Shown here: piece by piece, positions 1-10,435 of the stretch
How positions within the stretch are numbered: position 1 is the stretch's first letter
Layout: each line of letters begins with the position of its first letter
IMG/VR virus record: IMGVR_UViG_3300045988_157167
Span: 11,551-75,550 of that record
Reading direction: 5' to 3' (one strand)
Length of the DNA stretch: 64,000 nt
DNA from: a virus
Position numbers and translations under genes: made by a program
Notes under the pieces: generated by a model
Databases searched by the model: none
What the model saw: the letters and a program-made list of their open reading frames with translations, nothing else
What the model was told of the DNA's origin: nothing

Positions 1-3000
1 ACTTTATCCATATTAGCTTGGACTTGGATAGGTCTATCACTTATATCTCCTATAGTTTCTTTTAATGTTTCTCCTAGCGAATTAGCTATTTCTTTTACTG
101 TGTTATTACTTACACTATTTACAATTTTAAGATTACTGTTACTACTAGCTTCTAATGAAAATTTAGTTGTTTCAGATTGAACAGCCATTTTCATTGCATT
201 TTGCATTTCTGAAGTTACATCCCTAGCTACGGCATATACTTGTTCAGCTTTATTTTTCATACCAACAATTAAACCTTCGTCCATATATTCTCCATAATCA
301 GTGGTAACTTTTGAAGGCGAATTTATTTTAGCAGTTTTTTTCATTTCTGCATTAACTTGATTAACAAGACTTCTTGCTGCACTAACTGCTCTTGCTGTAC
401 CACTTTGAATGCCTTGAGTAACACCATTTGCTAATTGTTGACCAATTTCTCTTGATTGAGTTCTAGCAACATTTTTCATGCTTATCATTTGTCTTGTAAA
501 GTTATTTCTTGCTTCTCTTGATTGAGTAGTTATAACTCTTTTCATTGATATCATTTGATATGTAACAGCATTTCTAGCAAGTGTAATTTGTGTTCTAGAT
601 ACATTTCTAATTGATATCATTTGAGATGTAAGTTTATTCCTAGCCTCTGAAACTTGAGTTGATATAACATTCTTCATGCTTATCATTTGTGATGTAACAA
701 CATTTCTAGCATTTGTAATTTGATTACGTATTATATTACTAATAGATAGAAATTGGTTTCTTACTATATTAGATACATTTAAGCATTGATTTCTAGCTAC
801 GTTTGATATACTTACAAATTGATTTCTTGCTATATTTGCACATCCAACTAAACTAGTTCTTAAATTATTTTGTAATGATGTAAATGCTTGAGAAATTGAA
901 TTTGAAACACTTTGTACTGTTGTCTGTAAAGCTGTTAATTGTGTTTGTAATGCTTTTATTTCATCTGTGTTCATACTAGAAAGTTTAGAATTTATTTTGT
1001 TACTATTAGAATCTTTGCTAGTATTAAGAGGTTTTTCATTACCAGTCTTTTCATCAGCATAAGATTCCCCTGTAAACCAATTTACTAAACCTTGTATTAT
1101 ACCGGTACCACCTTTGCTAAAATCAGGTTTAGAACTAGTAATCCAACTTGTTATTGCTTGCCAAAGTTCTGATGCTCTACCAGTAAATCTGTCAGTTAAG
1201 TTTTCAATAAAACTATCAATAAAAATATCTGCAAAGCTACCAGTTAAAGATTTTATTTGTTCACTTCCTTCTACCCAGGAATTCATTACTGATGCAACTG
1301 CTTCTAAAGCATCATGTATATTGTCTGAATTGTTTTTTATTCCATCTCTTAAAGCATCTAAAATAACTTTACCAGCTTCCTCAACTTCTGGAGCAACATC
1401 TTTAATAAATTGAGAAATTTGTTTAATAGCACTTGAAATACCTTCTCTTATATCACCTTTACTTTTTATAATTCCTTGACAAATTTGATGTATAATTTCT
1501 TTACCGATAGCTAATACTCTGCTTAATCCACCTTTAGTTATAAAAGTATTAATTCCACTAAAAGCCTGTTGAATTGCTCCTGATATATCTGCATTTCTTA
1601 TATATCCAAGCATATTGTCTAATGCTTTTTTGAAATTATCAAATGTATATAAGACTTGGCCATCTTCTACAGTGCCTTCTTTATTTCCACTTCTCCAAAC
1701 ACTGAAAAACTCAGCTAATTTTTCAGAAGTAGATTGAATAGCTGGTTTTAAGAACTCAAATCCTTCTATAGCAACGTCTTGCAAAGCAGATGATAAAATT
1801 AATAATTTGTTTTTAGTTGTTTCATCCATAGCTTGCGCCATTTTTTCAGATAATCCAGTTACTAAATTTAAATTATCACAATATAATTTGAATTGTTCAT
1901 CAGATAAACCACATATTTCATTTATTTCATCTAAAGAATCAGATAAACCTAAATTTGTTAAAATTTGTTCTCTAGTCGCTTGATCCATGTTGCCAAATTT
2001 TTCTCTTAACTGAGTTAAATTTGCTATTAAGTCTATTTGGCCGGTAGATGCGCTTTTAGCAGACATTCCATATTCTTTTAATACTTTATTAGCTTCCTTA
2101 AGTGACATATCTGGATTTAACTTATCAATTATTTCTTGTTTAGAAACAACATCTTTTAACCCTTTAGCACTATCTACTATTCCTTTTGTATTTTCATTAA
2201 TCATGTCACAAGTAGCACTATAGTCAAAAGCATCATCATTAATTTCTTTATAAGTTAATCCAAGTTCTTTAAATTGCTTTTTCTGAGAATTTGTAGGATT
2301 TCTCATTGCATCTAATACACCGAATAAATCTTCAACATTTTTCGATGTTACTTTTGCATCAGAACCTAAAACTTGTAATGCTAAAGCCATATCTTGTGTA
2401 GTCATGTTGAATGCAGCACCTAAATATTCTGTTTGACTTAAAACTTCTTTTAAGTTATCTATTCTTTTACTACATTCTTCTCCAGTAACTCCTGCTTCTC
2501 CTAAATTTTGATTCCAATAAGAAACTGTTTGAGTAGAGTTTTGTACACTATCAGTTAAACTATCATATGCATCATCTGTAGCATTAACAATTGATAGTAA
2601 ACCTGTCATACCCGTTTTCCCAGCTAAATCTTTACATGCAGCTGCTTGCTCAACTAAAGGTAATGATTTTAAACTACTTCTTAAATTTCTTAATGTTTTA
2701 TCTAAGTCAACTGAACCATCTTTCGCAGTAATAAGTTCTATTCCGTATTTTTCCATGGCCTTTGCTACAGTATCGGTAGGTGCACTTAAATTTGCCAATA
2801 GTGTTCTCATTGCAGTACCTGCACGACTTCCCTTTACTGATGAATTCGCCATAAGGCCGATAGCTACGGATAAATCATCCATAGAAACGCCCAATGTCCC
2901 AGCTACTGAACCCGCATATTTCATTGTTTCTCCCATCATTTCAACATCTGTATTACTACGAGTAATAGTTGCTGCCATATAGTCAACAAAGTTTGATGCT

Positions 3001-3137
3001 TGAGATGCGGACATATTCATTGCTGTAAGACCATCAGTGACGATATCACTAGCTGTGCCAAGCTGAGTGGCCCCAATTGTAGTTAAGTTTAAAACATCTT
3101 TAATTGATGCGAGTGACTCTTGAAGTGAAAATCCAGC
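1..3137 (-). CDS. Tail tape measure protein, exon 2 (partial; continues past left edge of window)
   Basis: Minus-strand frame from 3137 reads AGFSLQESLASIKDVLNLTTIGATQLGTASDIVTDGLTAMNMS...MKYAGSVAGTLGVSMDDLSVAIGLMANSSVKGSRAGTAMRTLLANL (TP901-type tape-measure core). The same frame was spot-checked stop-free near 1085 and 119. It is absent from the ORF track because it has no in-window end. Confidence 0.85.
445..840. repeat. About 33-nt (11-codon) periodic tandem repeats inside the tape-measure gene
   Basis: Recurring units such as catgcttatcatttgt..catttct / cattgatatcatttga..catttct / aattgatatcatttgag. Alternate units pair up into a ~66-nt super-repeat. Confidence 0.7.
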
Positions 3138-3818
3138 ATACCGATAGGTAAAACTTTGATATACTTTATGTATAATCTCCATCTTTTCCCCCGGTCCAAA
3201 CCGTACGTGCGACTTTCATCGCATACGGCTTTCCATCGTAAAATTTTACGACTAGAGGCCTTCGCTCCTAATAGTTTTATCCTCCTTTATACATTACTGT
3301 ATATAGTAACTATCGGCTATTAATCAACACTACTATGCTTCCTCTGACTTCTTCTATTTTCAACGATATAGCAATCTCCAATAGAAGATCTCCTAAGTTC
3401 CAATAAGATTATCCCTTTTTTTACTTCGACTTAGGTTTCCTCTGTATGTTATAAGCTATATATAACTGACTACTTTAATCATCATATATTTAGTAAAACT
3501 TTAAATGTAAACAAAGTACGAATGTTTACATTAACTTATAACACTTCAAACAAGGATTCGTCTCCTAACCATATCAAAGTTTTTAAAGATGACCACTCCA
3601 TATAGTTATTTATATAACATCAGGCTTTGTCCTTACCGTACTTTATACAATTCGAGTGCTATCTCTTATGCATAACGGGGTATCATCAATATCACTTTAA
3701 AGTAGTTGTGATAGAAAGAAATTTCATCTTTCAATTCATCTTATTAGTTAAAGTTATAAATAACCTCTCAGCTTTTGTTCTCTATCTCAGAGCTTTTATA
3801 TGCTGAAACTTAGCGTAC
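3138..3818 (-). mobile_element. ORF-less group II intron inside the tape-measure gene
   Basis: 681 nt with no ORF on either strand. It starts GUACG and ends GGUAU, and has a canonical domain V near its 3' end. Flanking exons join in frame to give YMGM|AGF. Confidence 0.8.
3198..3231 (-). ncRNA. Group II intron domain V
   Basis: Minus strand reads AAGCCGUAUGCGAUGAAAGUCGCACGUACGGUUU. It has the AGC triad in the lower helix, a 2-nt CG bulge, a 5-bp upper helix and a U-G-closed GAAA tetraloop. Confidence 0.85.
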
Positions 3819-4376
3819 CATACCCATGTATTGGAAAGCTTCACTTACCTCTGTACTGGTGTACCTAGTGGTTGCTCCGTATTGCCTAGTTGTTTCTGTT
3901 AAGACTTCAATATCTTTTCCAGTAACACCCATAATTGCTGATACACGAGCCATTGAACTTTCAAATTCAATAGCATCTGCCATTAAGGAACTGAAATCAA
4001 AATTAAAATCTGTAACTTGACTAAAACAATCTAAAATAGTATTTGTTGCATTCTGAACTATATCTACAACAGGCTGTAATTTTTCAGATATATTTTGCAA
4101 GTTTTCAAAGAAATTCTGTTTACTAGCATCATATAGTTTTGAAAAAGCAGTTATCATTGTAGTTACTGCTGCAACAACTCCAGCCGCAACTGGTCCAACA
4201 ATTCCACTTAAAGCTTTAAAGGTATTTGAAAATGTTCCAACAATAGAACTCATTTCTCCAAATACTTTGCCAACACCACCTAAATCAGCAAAGGCATTTT
4301 TAAGTTCATTTAACTGACCTTCAACTTGGTCAGATTTTAATTCAACTTCTATAACAACTTTTCCATCTGCTGCCAT
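3819..4376 (-). CDS. Tail tape measure protein, exon 1 (ORF track 3810..4376 includes the read-through codons VR-stop)
   Basis: ORF ends ...TRYTSTEVSEAFQYMGM at the proposed 5' splice site. It lies directly downstream of the tail chaperone genes. Confidence 0.8.
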
Positions 4377-4432
4377 ACTCTCACCTCCTTTTTAGGCATA
4401 AAAAAAGAACACCGAAGTGTTCTACAAATTAA

Positions 4433-4939
4433 TTAATCTATTAAATCATAATAAGATTCAGACTTTTTAAGATAAGTATTATATTCATCTAAACAATGGC
4501 GATAACTTGTATCAAATTTATCTACTCTTTTACTTTGAAAATAAACATAATCGTTATATGCTTTCATAGATTTATTTAAATAATCAAAAGTTATAGCAAA
4601 ATTATTTTGTTCATCTTTATAACTTTCTTTTAGATTAAGATTTCTTATTTCATTACTTAATCCTTTTGTATTATTAAATATTTTTTTTGATATCTTCCCG
4701 CTTATACCACTGTTTATTAACTCTATACTATCATCATAAAGTTTATGATATTTTGAAAAAAGTTTTAATGTTTCACTATCACTTAATACTTGATTTTCTT
4801 CAATATTAGAATTTTCTATAGCAACACTACTTTTTTTATTAGTTATTGCACTAATTGCAGCAATTATTATAGCAATACTTAAAAAAGCTATTATTACAAT
4901 AAAAATGTTTTTCATATTGGACCCCGAGTTTCTTCTCAT
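4433..4939 (-). CDS. Hypothetical membrane-anchored protein (N-terminal TM helix; start may be the MKNIF Met at 4915)
   Basis: ORF track. Hydrophobic segment IFIVIIAFLSIAIIIAAISAI. Confidence 0.55.
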   Translation of the reverse strand: MRRNSGSNMKNIFIVIIAFLSIAIIIAAISAITNKKSSVAIENSNIEENQVLSDSETLKLFSKYHKLYDDSIELINSGISGKISKKIFNNTKGLSNEIRNLNLKESYKDEQNNFAITFDYLNKSMKAYNDYVYFQSKRVDKFDTSYRHCLDEYNTYLKKSESYYDLID

Positions 4940-4981
4940 GCTATACTCCCCCCTATAATAATATTATAGTACAAAACATAA

Positions 4982-5626
4982 CTATTGTCTTAATAATTCT
5001 CCAGGATCTTCACCTTTCAACAGCATTTCTGTTATTAATGCTTGTTTTTCCTTTTCCTCTAATGACTGAGGTAAAGCATAAAGTTTTTTCATTTTTCTAT
5101 AGAAATTCTTTTGTTGTTTATCTTGTATCTCAGATAAATCAATACTTCTATATTCTAATATTTTTATGAATTTACAATCACTTGATAAAGAATTAAATAA
5201 TGCTTTAAATTTCCACCAGTGTAATCCTTCAATATCTTGTAAATCAATGTGATAATCATGCATAAATGCACTATAAATGTAAAAATCATCATGTTCAAAG
5301 CTATAGATAATTTCATTTTTACTAGAGTTTTCGCTCTTTTCTGAATCTTCGTTAGTACTAATAATTTCTTTCCCACACTTATAAAATAATAACATTTCTT
5401 CAACAAATTGATTAATATTATTATTATTAATATATTTAATTGTATCTATTTCATAACCATAATATAGTTGTAGAGCCTCATCTGATTTTTCTTTTTCACT
5501 AATATTATTATTTAACATTAACTGTTCAAATAAAATAGAAGTGCGAAAATCCCAGTTAATTGGATATCGCACTCCTTCTATTTCAACTTCAATAGGTAAA
5601 AAATCGGTTAAAATACTTATACTCAT
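4982..5626 (-). CDS. Phage Gp15-like tail assembly protein
   Basis: N-terminus LPIEVEIEGVRYPINWDFRTSILFEQL resembles the Gp15 family. Position is just upstream of the tape measure. Confidence 0.55.
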   Translation of the reverse strand: MSISILTDFLPIEVEIEGVRYPINWDFRTSILFEQLMLNNNISEKEKSDEALQLYYGYEIDTIKYINNNNINQFVEEMLLFYKCGKEIISTNEDSEKSENSSKNEIIYSFEHDDFYIYSAFMHDYHIDLQDIEGLHWWKFKALFNSLSSDCKFIKILEYRSIDLSEIQDKQQKNFYRKMKKLYALPQSLEEKEKQALITEMLLKGEDPGELLRQ

Positions 5627-6054
5627 TAGTTATATTTTTTCTTATTTCTTTCAATAGCTCTACGTTGTTGCCTATTAAGAGAAATTTCTTCCTCTCCGAA
5701 TACTTCTTCAGAAATAGTAGTAACAGATTTTAATTCTGTTGCAAATGCTTTATCTTGTTCTAATTTAGCTTTTGTTAATTCTTTTATAGCTGTAGTACAT
5801 TTCATTAAATTGCATTTACCTGAAAAAATATCGTAAGTTTTTTCCTCACCGAACAATTCTTCAAACAAGCTAATTATGCTTTCACAATATTTTCTAGAGC
5901 TTTCAATAGAGAAATCTTTATCATCTTTAGCTACTTCTGATATTTTCTTGTTTGTTTCTGAAAAAACTGATTCAAAAAATTCTTTTTCATCTAAATCTAA
6001 AAAATCAAATTCTAATTCTACACCTAATATATTAAATTTTGTATAATCATTCAT
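5626..6054 (-). CDS. Tail assembly chaperone-like protein
   Basis: Acidic 142-aa ORF between the major tail and tape-measure genes; call is by position. Confidence 0.45.
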   Translation of the reverse strand: MNDYTKFNILGVELEFDFLDLDEKEFFESVFSETNKKISEVAKDDKDFSIESSRKYCESIISLFEELFGEEKTYDIFSGKCNLMKCTTAIKELTKAKLEQDKAFATELKSVTTISEEVFGEEEISLNRQQRRAIERNKKKYN

Positions 6055-6075
6055 ATTTTAACCTCCCTAATTTTT

Positions 6076-6609
6076 TTAGTTAGTTACACTTTGATTTTTG
6101 TTGGTATCACTTTGAGTTGCTGCTTGAGTTGCTGTAAAAGTTTTTGTTGTAACATTGAAAGTTCCTTGAATAGGATCTCCTATAGCATGTAAAACTCCTT
6201 CAACTTTCATCTTTTCTCCACCTTCACCAGAGAATTTTGAAACTTCATTTGCAACTCTAAACTTTCTTGCTTGATAAGTTCCTTCGCTTCCTGATACAGG
6301 ATCAAACATATCTACACGAACATAATCTCTTTCTGCATCTGTCCCAGTTTCATGATTTCTACCAGTTAAATATAAACTTTTTATTGCTTCTTGTTCCATT
6401 ATAATTTCAGAAGTATAAGGAAATTGTGTTTCGTATTTTGTTACTGTTGTAGATGATGTTTCATCATTTATGTAACAAGTTGTATCAGTTTGTGCACCTG
6501 GTTCTTCGTCTAAACTTTCAACTCCATAACCAAGTAAAGCATATGATGCATCAGTATCTTTTGCTGCAGTATTAAGATAATCTGCAAAATCTTTTCTTTT
6601 TAATGCCAT
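6076..6609 (-). CDS. Major tail protein
   Basis: 177-aa ORF in the canonical position after the head-tail genes, with strong RBS context. Confidence 0.55.
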   Translation of the reverse strand: MALKRKDFADYLNTAAKDTDASYALLGYGVESLDEEPGAQTDTTCYINDETSSTTVTKYETQFPYTSEIIMEQEAIKSLYLTGRNHETGTDAERDYVRVDMFDPVSGSEGTYQARKFRVANEVSKFSGEGGEKMKVEGVLHAIGDPIQGTFNVTTKTFTATQAATQSDTNKNQSVTN

Positions 6610-6621
6610 AATTTCAACCTC

Positions 6622-7071
6622 CTATTCAGCTATTTTAGTGTACACTAATTTCATTTGAATAACATAAATTGCTTTATTTGCGCTCATTTGTTCAACATAG
6701 CCATGAGTTAATACTTTTATTTGTTCAGCTATTAAAGGATAACTTAACTCAGGTAAAACACCTTCATTATTTTGAGTTTCTACCCATTCGGCTAATTTTT
6801 CATAAAAAGTAATATTTTTCTCATTGTTATATGCTTCAACACTTTCTCTGCTAGTAAAATCAAAAATTAATTGCCTTTCAGTAGAACCATCAACATAAGT
6901 TTTTAAAATGGTTTCTGAAGGCGAACCATCTACTGAGTAAGTGCCTATTTCATCACCTATGTAATCAGCAGAAATAGGAGATTTATCGTCTATTAGAGGG
7001 CATTTTAAGAAAAATTCTATTATTTTATCTGTAATAGTTCTATTTTCTATTTCATTTAAATTAAGTGTCAT
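6622..7071 (-). CDS. Head-tail / tail-completion protein (family not assigned)
   Basis: Structural operon position; overlaps the neighbouring gene. Confidence 0.45.
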   Translation of the reverse strand: MTLNLNEIENRTITDKIIEFFLKCPLIDDKSPISADYIGDEIGTYSVDGSPSETILKTYVDGSTERQLIFDFTSRESVEAYNNEKNITFYEKLAEWVETQNNEGVLPELSYPLIAEQIKVLTHGYVEQMSANKAIYVIQMKLVYTKIAE

Positions 7072-7451
7072 TTACTTGCTTTCCCTCCTATTGTATTTGC
7101 AATTTCATTTACTATTGCATCTCCTTCATTAACCCACATACGATTTATCCATTGTTTACCTCTTTTACCACCACGGTTTAAACCTTCTCTACCCATACCT
7201 CTGTTAGTATAGTAGTTAATAGCAGCATATGACTTTGTACCCCCATGATAACTAGCATATACAATACTTTTTTTGTTTTCTTGAGCGGTGTTTTTTAAGT
7301 CTCCTGATAAATAAGGTACGTATGGGTCAGCTTTTGTTCTTACTAGGTTTACGAGTTGTTTTTGCGCTCTATTTAATTTACTTTGATTTACAATTTTGTC
7401 ATAGTCTATATTAACAGTAACTTTTGCTTTTAAAGTTGCCATTTTACTCAC
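7068..7451 (-). CDS. Minor capsid / head-tail joining protein
   Basis: Structural operon position; overlapping start/stop with neighbours. Confidence 0.45.
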   Translation of the reverse strand: MSKMATLKAKVTVNIDYDKIVNQSKLNRAQKQLVNLVRTKADPYVPYLSGDLKNTAQENKKSIVYASYHGGTKSYAAINYYTNRGMGREGLNRGGKRGKQWINRMWVNEGDAIVNEIANTIGGKASK

Positions 7452-7875
7452 ATCCTAGTTCAAAGTGTTTTGTTAATTCACACTTAGTAACATTGATGAT
7501 TTTAACTACATCATCATAGTTTTTTTGAATATCATTAAACTCTTGAGAATTTGTAATTTCAATGTCATGTATTCCTTTTAAGAGAATATCTTCTCCTTCG
7601 TTGAATGTATAATAATTACTTTTATCTTCAAGTTTACTAAATTCTTTAGGACCTATGTAAGTTTTACCTTCATAAGTCCCATAATTTACAAAAACTAATA
7701 TTTTATTATCTATATCCGCAGATGAACCGGTTGTCTTTAAAAATTTAACTCCTGTAGCTTGTTGCCAATCGATACCCGTTAAATAAGTTCGGTGATAAAT
7801 GGGTTTTCGATTTTCATCTAAAGATATATTGAATAAAGTTGCACTATCTTCGTTATATCCGAACACATTTACCAC
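7444..7875 (-). CDS. Head-tail joining protein (family not assigned)
   Basis: Structural operon position. Confidence 0.4.
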   Translation of the reverse strand: MVNVFGYNEDSATLFNISLDENRKPIYHRTYLTGIDWQQATGVKFLKTTGSSADIDNKILVFVNYGTYEGKTYIGPKEFSKLEDKSNYYTFNEGEDILLKGIHDIEITNSQEFNDIQKNYDDVVKIINVTKCELTKHFELGCE

Positions 7876-8217
7876 CTAACCTCTCAATTTAACTACTGCT
7901 ACAGGTAAAAGTTCCTTGATCTCGTTAGTTATATCATAAGCACCGCTAGAACTAATACTTTCATCAAACGTAGTCTTCTTATTACCTTGAGAAATTGATT
8001 TGACACCTCTCACACTTGAATAATTAACTGCATTAGAAATTAAAAGAAACAGAGCAGGTTGATACTCTGTTTCTAATTGTTCAGCTGTTATAGTTCTATT
8101 AAGTCTATTCTTAAAATAAAGTAATAGCTTTTGAGTAGCAAGTTGTTTATGAATGACTAAACTTGATTCGCTTTCGTTAGGAAACTTTTTTTGTAATATA
8201 AAATCCAAGTTAGTCAT
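7876..8217 (-). CDS. Head-tail connector-like protein
   Basis: Position immediately after the capsid genes. Confidence 0.4.
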   Translation of the reverse strand: MTNLDFILQKKFPNESESSLVIHKQLATQKLLLYFKNRLNRTITAEQLETEYQPALFLLISNAVNYSSVRGVKSISQGNKKTTFDESISSSGAYDITNEIKELLPVAVVKLRG

Positions 8218-8463
8218 TTAAAACAACTCCTTTAAAATTTTAACTAAATCTGATTTTGTCAGTGTTGTATAGCCTTTAACTTTTTTTTCTTTAGCTAAAT
8301 TCTTTAACTCATTATATTTTAAAGAATCTAAATCTATTATTTCGGATTTTTCCTCTGAGTTGTCGATATTTTGAACTAATTCATAACCTTCAGCAATATA
8401 TTTTTTTGCCTGTTCTATGGTTTCTACTGTTCTATGAACATTTTCTTTTTTTATTTCAAACAT
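8218..8463 (-). CDS. Rho_N/SAP-like domain protein
   Basis: C-terminus LKYNELKNLAKEKKVKGYTTLTKSDLVKILKELF matches the Rho N-terminal (HeH) motif. Confidence 0.55.
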   Translation of the reverse strand: MFEIKKENVHRTVETIEQAKKYIAEGYELVQNIDNSEEKSEIIDLDSLKYNELKNLAKEKKVKGYTTLTKSDLVKILKELF

Positions 8464-8475
8464 GAAAGAATCAAA

Positions 8476-9435
8476 CTAATGACTTTCAGATTGAGTAGGT
8501 TTTGCATCTTTTATATTAGCATATACCCCCTCTTTTTTGCTTTCTAATACCCATAAATCATGGTATCTTCTGTAGTCCATAGCCCATGCATTTGCACTTT
8601 GGTTAGTTTCAGGGTCAAATATTCTCATGATATCTTGTTTAGTTACTGCTAAAGGTAAATCTAAAGGCATGATTAAAAAGTTAACATCTAATCCAGAAGT
8701 TGCTTTAATGTATCCGCCAGTAGTTTGACCACTAGTCGAACCATCATATAATTGTATTGCACTGTATAATCTATTTTGTGGAACTGGTATAATTGGGCAT
8801 CCATCAATAGCTGGAACTTTAGTGTTTATTCCACCTTGAGAAAAAGATACAGATGCTAATTTACCTAATGCAGCTTCTTCTATAGCTAGTTGTGTATCAT
8901 AGTTACACATAATAACTAGTGTTCCATTATGGCATTTTTCTCTTAATGTTTTTATACCTTTTTTTATTTTAGCTATAACAGTTGAATTTGCTACAGTATA
9001 TCCATATTCTACATTTTCATCATTAGCTACACCCATAGCAGTTGTTGCTAATTTACTTAATCTATAAGCATCTACTTCAGGTATAACTTTAGTTCTTTGA
9101 AATTCACCCATGATTGTTGTTGCTGTTAATACAAAGTTAGTTTCATCAACATCTTGAGAATCTATTTGGAATTTACGTCCTCTATCTTGTGTCATTGTGT
9201 AAGTTTTGTATTCGTATTTGATAGATCCTTTAGTATATCCACTATCAGCTTGTCTGTCATAGTTAGCAAGTCCGTCCATTGATAATTGAGGTATTTTAAC
9301 TTCTTTACCACCGTTATATTTAACTTGACCTGCATTGGCATCCATCCAGCCTGTCAATGATTCATGTACCATTTGTTTGTCTAATGCATTTTGTAAAATT
9401 TGAGCATATGATATTGTGTTAGCCATGCTAAACAC
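8476..9435 (-). CDS. Major capsid protein
   Basis: 319-aa ORF directly after the scaffold gene, in typical capsid position. Confidence 0.65.
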   Translation of the reverse strand: MFSMANTISYAQILQNALDKQMVHESLTGWMDANAGQVKYNGGKEVKIPQLSMDGLANYDRQADSGYTKGSIKYEYKTYTMTQDRGRKFQIDSQDVDETNFVLTATTIMGEFQRTKVIPEVDAYRLSKLATTAMGVANDENVEYGYTVANSTVIAKIKKGIKTLREKCHNGTLVIMCNYDTQLAIEEAALGKLASVSFSQGGINTKVPAIDGCPIIPVPQNRLYSAIQLYDGSTSGQTTGGYIKATSGLDVNFLIMPLDLPLAVTKQDIMRIFDPETNQSANAWAMDYRRYHDLWVLESKKEGVYANIKDAKPTQSESH

Positions 9436-9453
9436 CTCCTAATTAATTTATTT

Positions 9454-10140
9454 TTATGACAAGCCTAAAATTTGATTTACTTGAGCTTGAACAGGATCAA
9501 CAGAATCTCCATTTCCCCCACCACTAGGATTAAACGGATTATTTGTCATATCAGTTTTAAGGACTTCTTGTCCGTATTCGCTAAATGCATTAGCTAATTT
9601 ATCTATATTCTGTTTACTGATATCCATATCCTCACCAACTACAAACTCTAAGAAATTTTCGACTTGTTTTGGATATTTCATTTCTGCTAGATAAGTACGA
9701 CTTTCTTTGATTCTACCTTCATGAGCTAACTTAGCTTCATTCTCTGCATTTTTCTTTTCTGTTGCAGCATTTTTTTCTTCCATTTCTTTAAGTCTTGTTT
9801 CCATAGCTTCCATTTGTTCTCTTTGAGCCTTTTGTTCAGGAGTTTCGTGTTTTGGAGCAGTTGCCTTTTTTATTTCACTTTCTATAATTCCTGGCATCTT
9901 TTTAGTTTTAAAACTTTCAACTCCTTTAGATACTGCACTGTCTAATTGAGATTGGTTATATCCTTGTATTGCTTTATTTGTTTCAAGGATATTTTTATAA
10001 TCTTCAACAGTTAATTTGTTAACATCAAAAGGTATTTCTTTAACTTCTGCTATTCCATCAATCCCTTTTAAAACTTCAGTAACATCGGCAGTTTCATCTA
10101 TATCGTTTAATTTTTCTAACAAATCTTTTTTGATTATCAT
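9454..10140 (-). CDS. Capsid scaffolding protein (start moved to the Met at 10140 behind RBS gaaagagg)
   Basis: Coiled-coil, E/K-rich centre (EQKAQREQMEAMETRLKEMEEKN). Position is upstream of the capsid gene. Confidence 0.6.
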   Translation of the reverse strand: MIIKKDLLEKLNDIDETADVTEVLKGIDGIAEVKEIPFDVNKLTVEDYKNILETNKAIQGYNQSQLDSAVSKGVESFKTKKMPGIIESEIKKATAPKHETPEQKAQREQMEAMETRLKEMEEKNAATEKKNAENEAKLAHEGRIKESRTYLAEMKYPKQVENFLEFVVGEDMDISKQNIDKLANAFSEYGQEVLKTDMTNNPFNPSGGGNGDSVDPVQAQVNQILGLS

Positions 10141-10158
10141 TTTTACCTCTTTCCCCAT

Positions 10159-10227
10159 GAAGTACTAGCCCTCATAGTATTTAAATAAGAATTTAGTCCC
10201 TCGAAGTACTAGCCCCCAAAGTACTTA
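10159..10227. repeat. Direct repeats gaagtactagccc (x2) plus a partial third (aagtactta)
   Basis: Exact 13-mers at 10159-10171 and 10203-10215, in the G+C-rich spacer upstream of the scaffold gene. Confidence 0.7.
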
Positions 10228-10249
10228 GTTTACCCTCGTTTCGGAGCAT

Positions 10250-10271
10250 AAAAATAAGCCCTCTCGGGCTT
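10250..10271 (-). terminator. Rho-independent terminator (usable on both strands)
   Basis: Stem aagccc/gggctt with loop tctc, flanked by A-run and T-run. Confidence 0.6.
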
Positions 10272-10435
10272 TTATTATCTTGTTAATTTATATATTTCGG
10301 TAAATATTGTATCTGTGATATATTGTTCATGTACATAAGATTTTTGATTATACTCATTTATCTTATCGTTGTATAATTGAGCTAACTCAAACCAATCTGC
10401 ATTTTTACACTTTGCTTTGTTGAATATACTGGCTG

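Noticed and set aside
1114-2982. Plus-strand ORFs 1114-1413 and 2755-2982. The same applies to many other plus-strand ORFs in the track, e.g. 3826-4020, 12742-13265, 25764-26072, 32499-33144, 40378-40676, 48726-49091 and 52581-52925.
   Set aside because: All lie antisense to long, well-supported minus-strand genes. They lack RBSs and have low-complexity S/L/F-rich composition.
5164-5406. Nested same-strand ORFs 5164-5406 and 47289-47474.
   Set aside because: They are out-of-frame overlaps entirely inside better-supported genes (the Gp15-like gene and the HNH endonuclease), with no independent signals.
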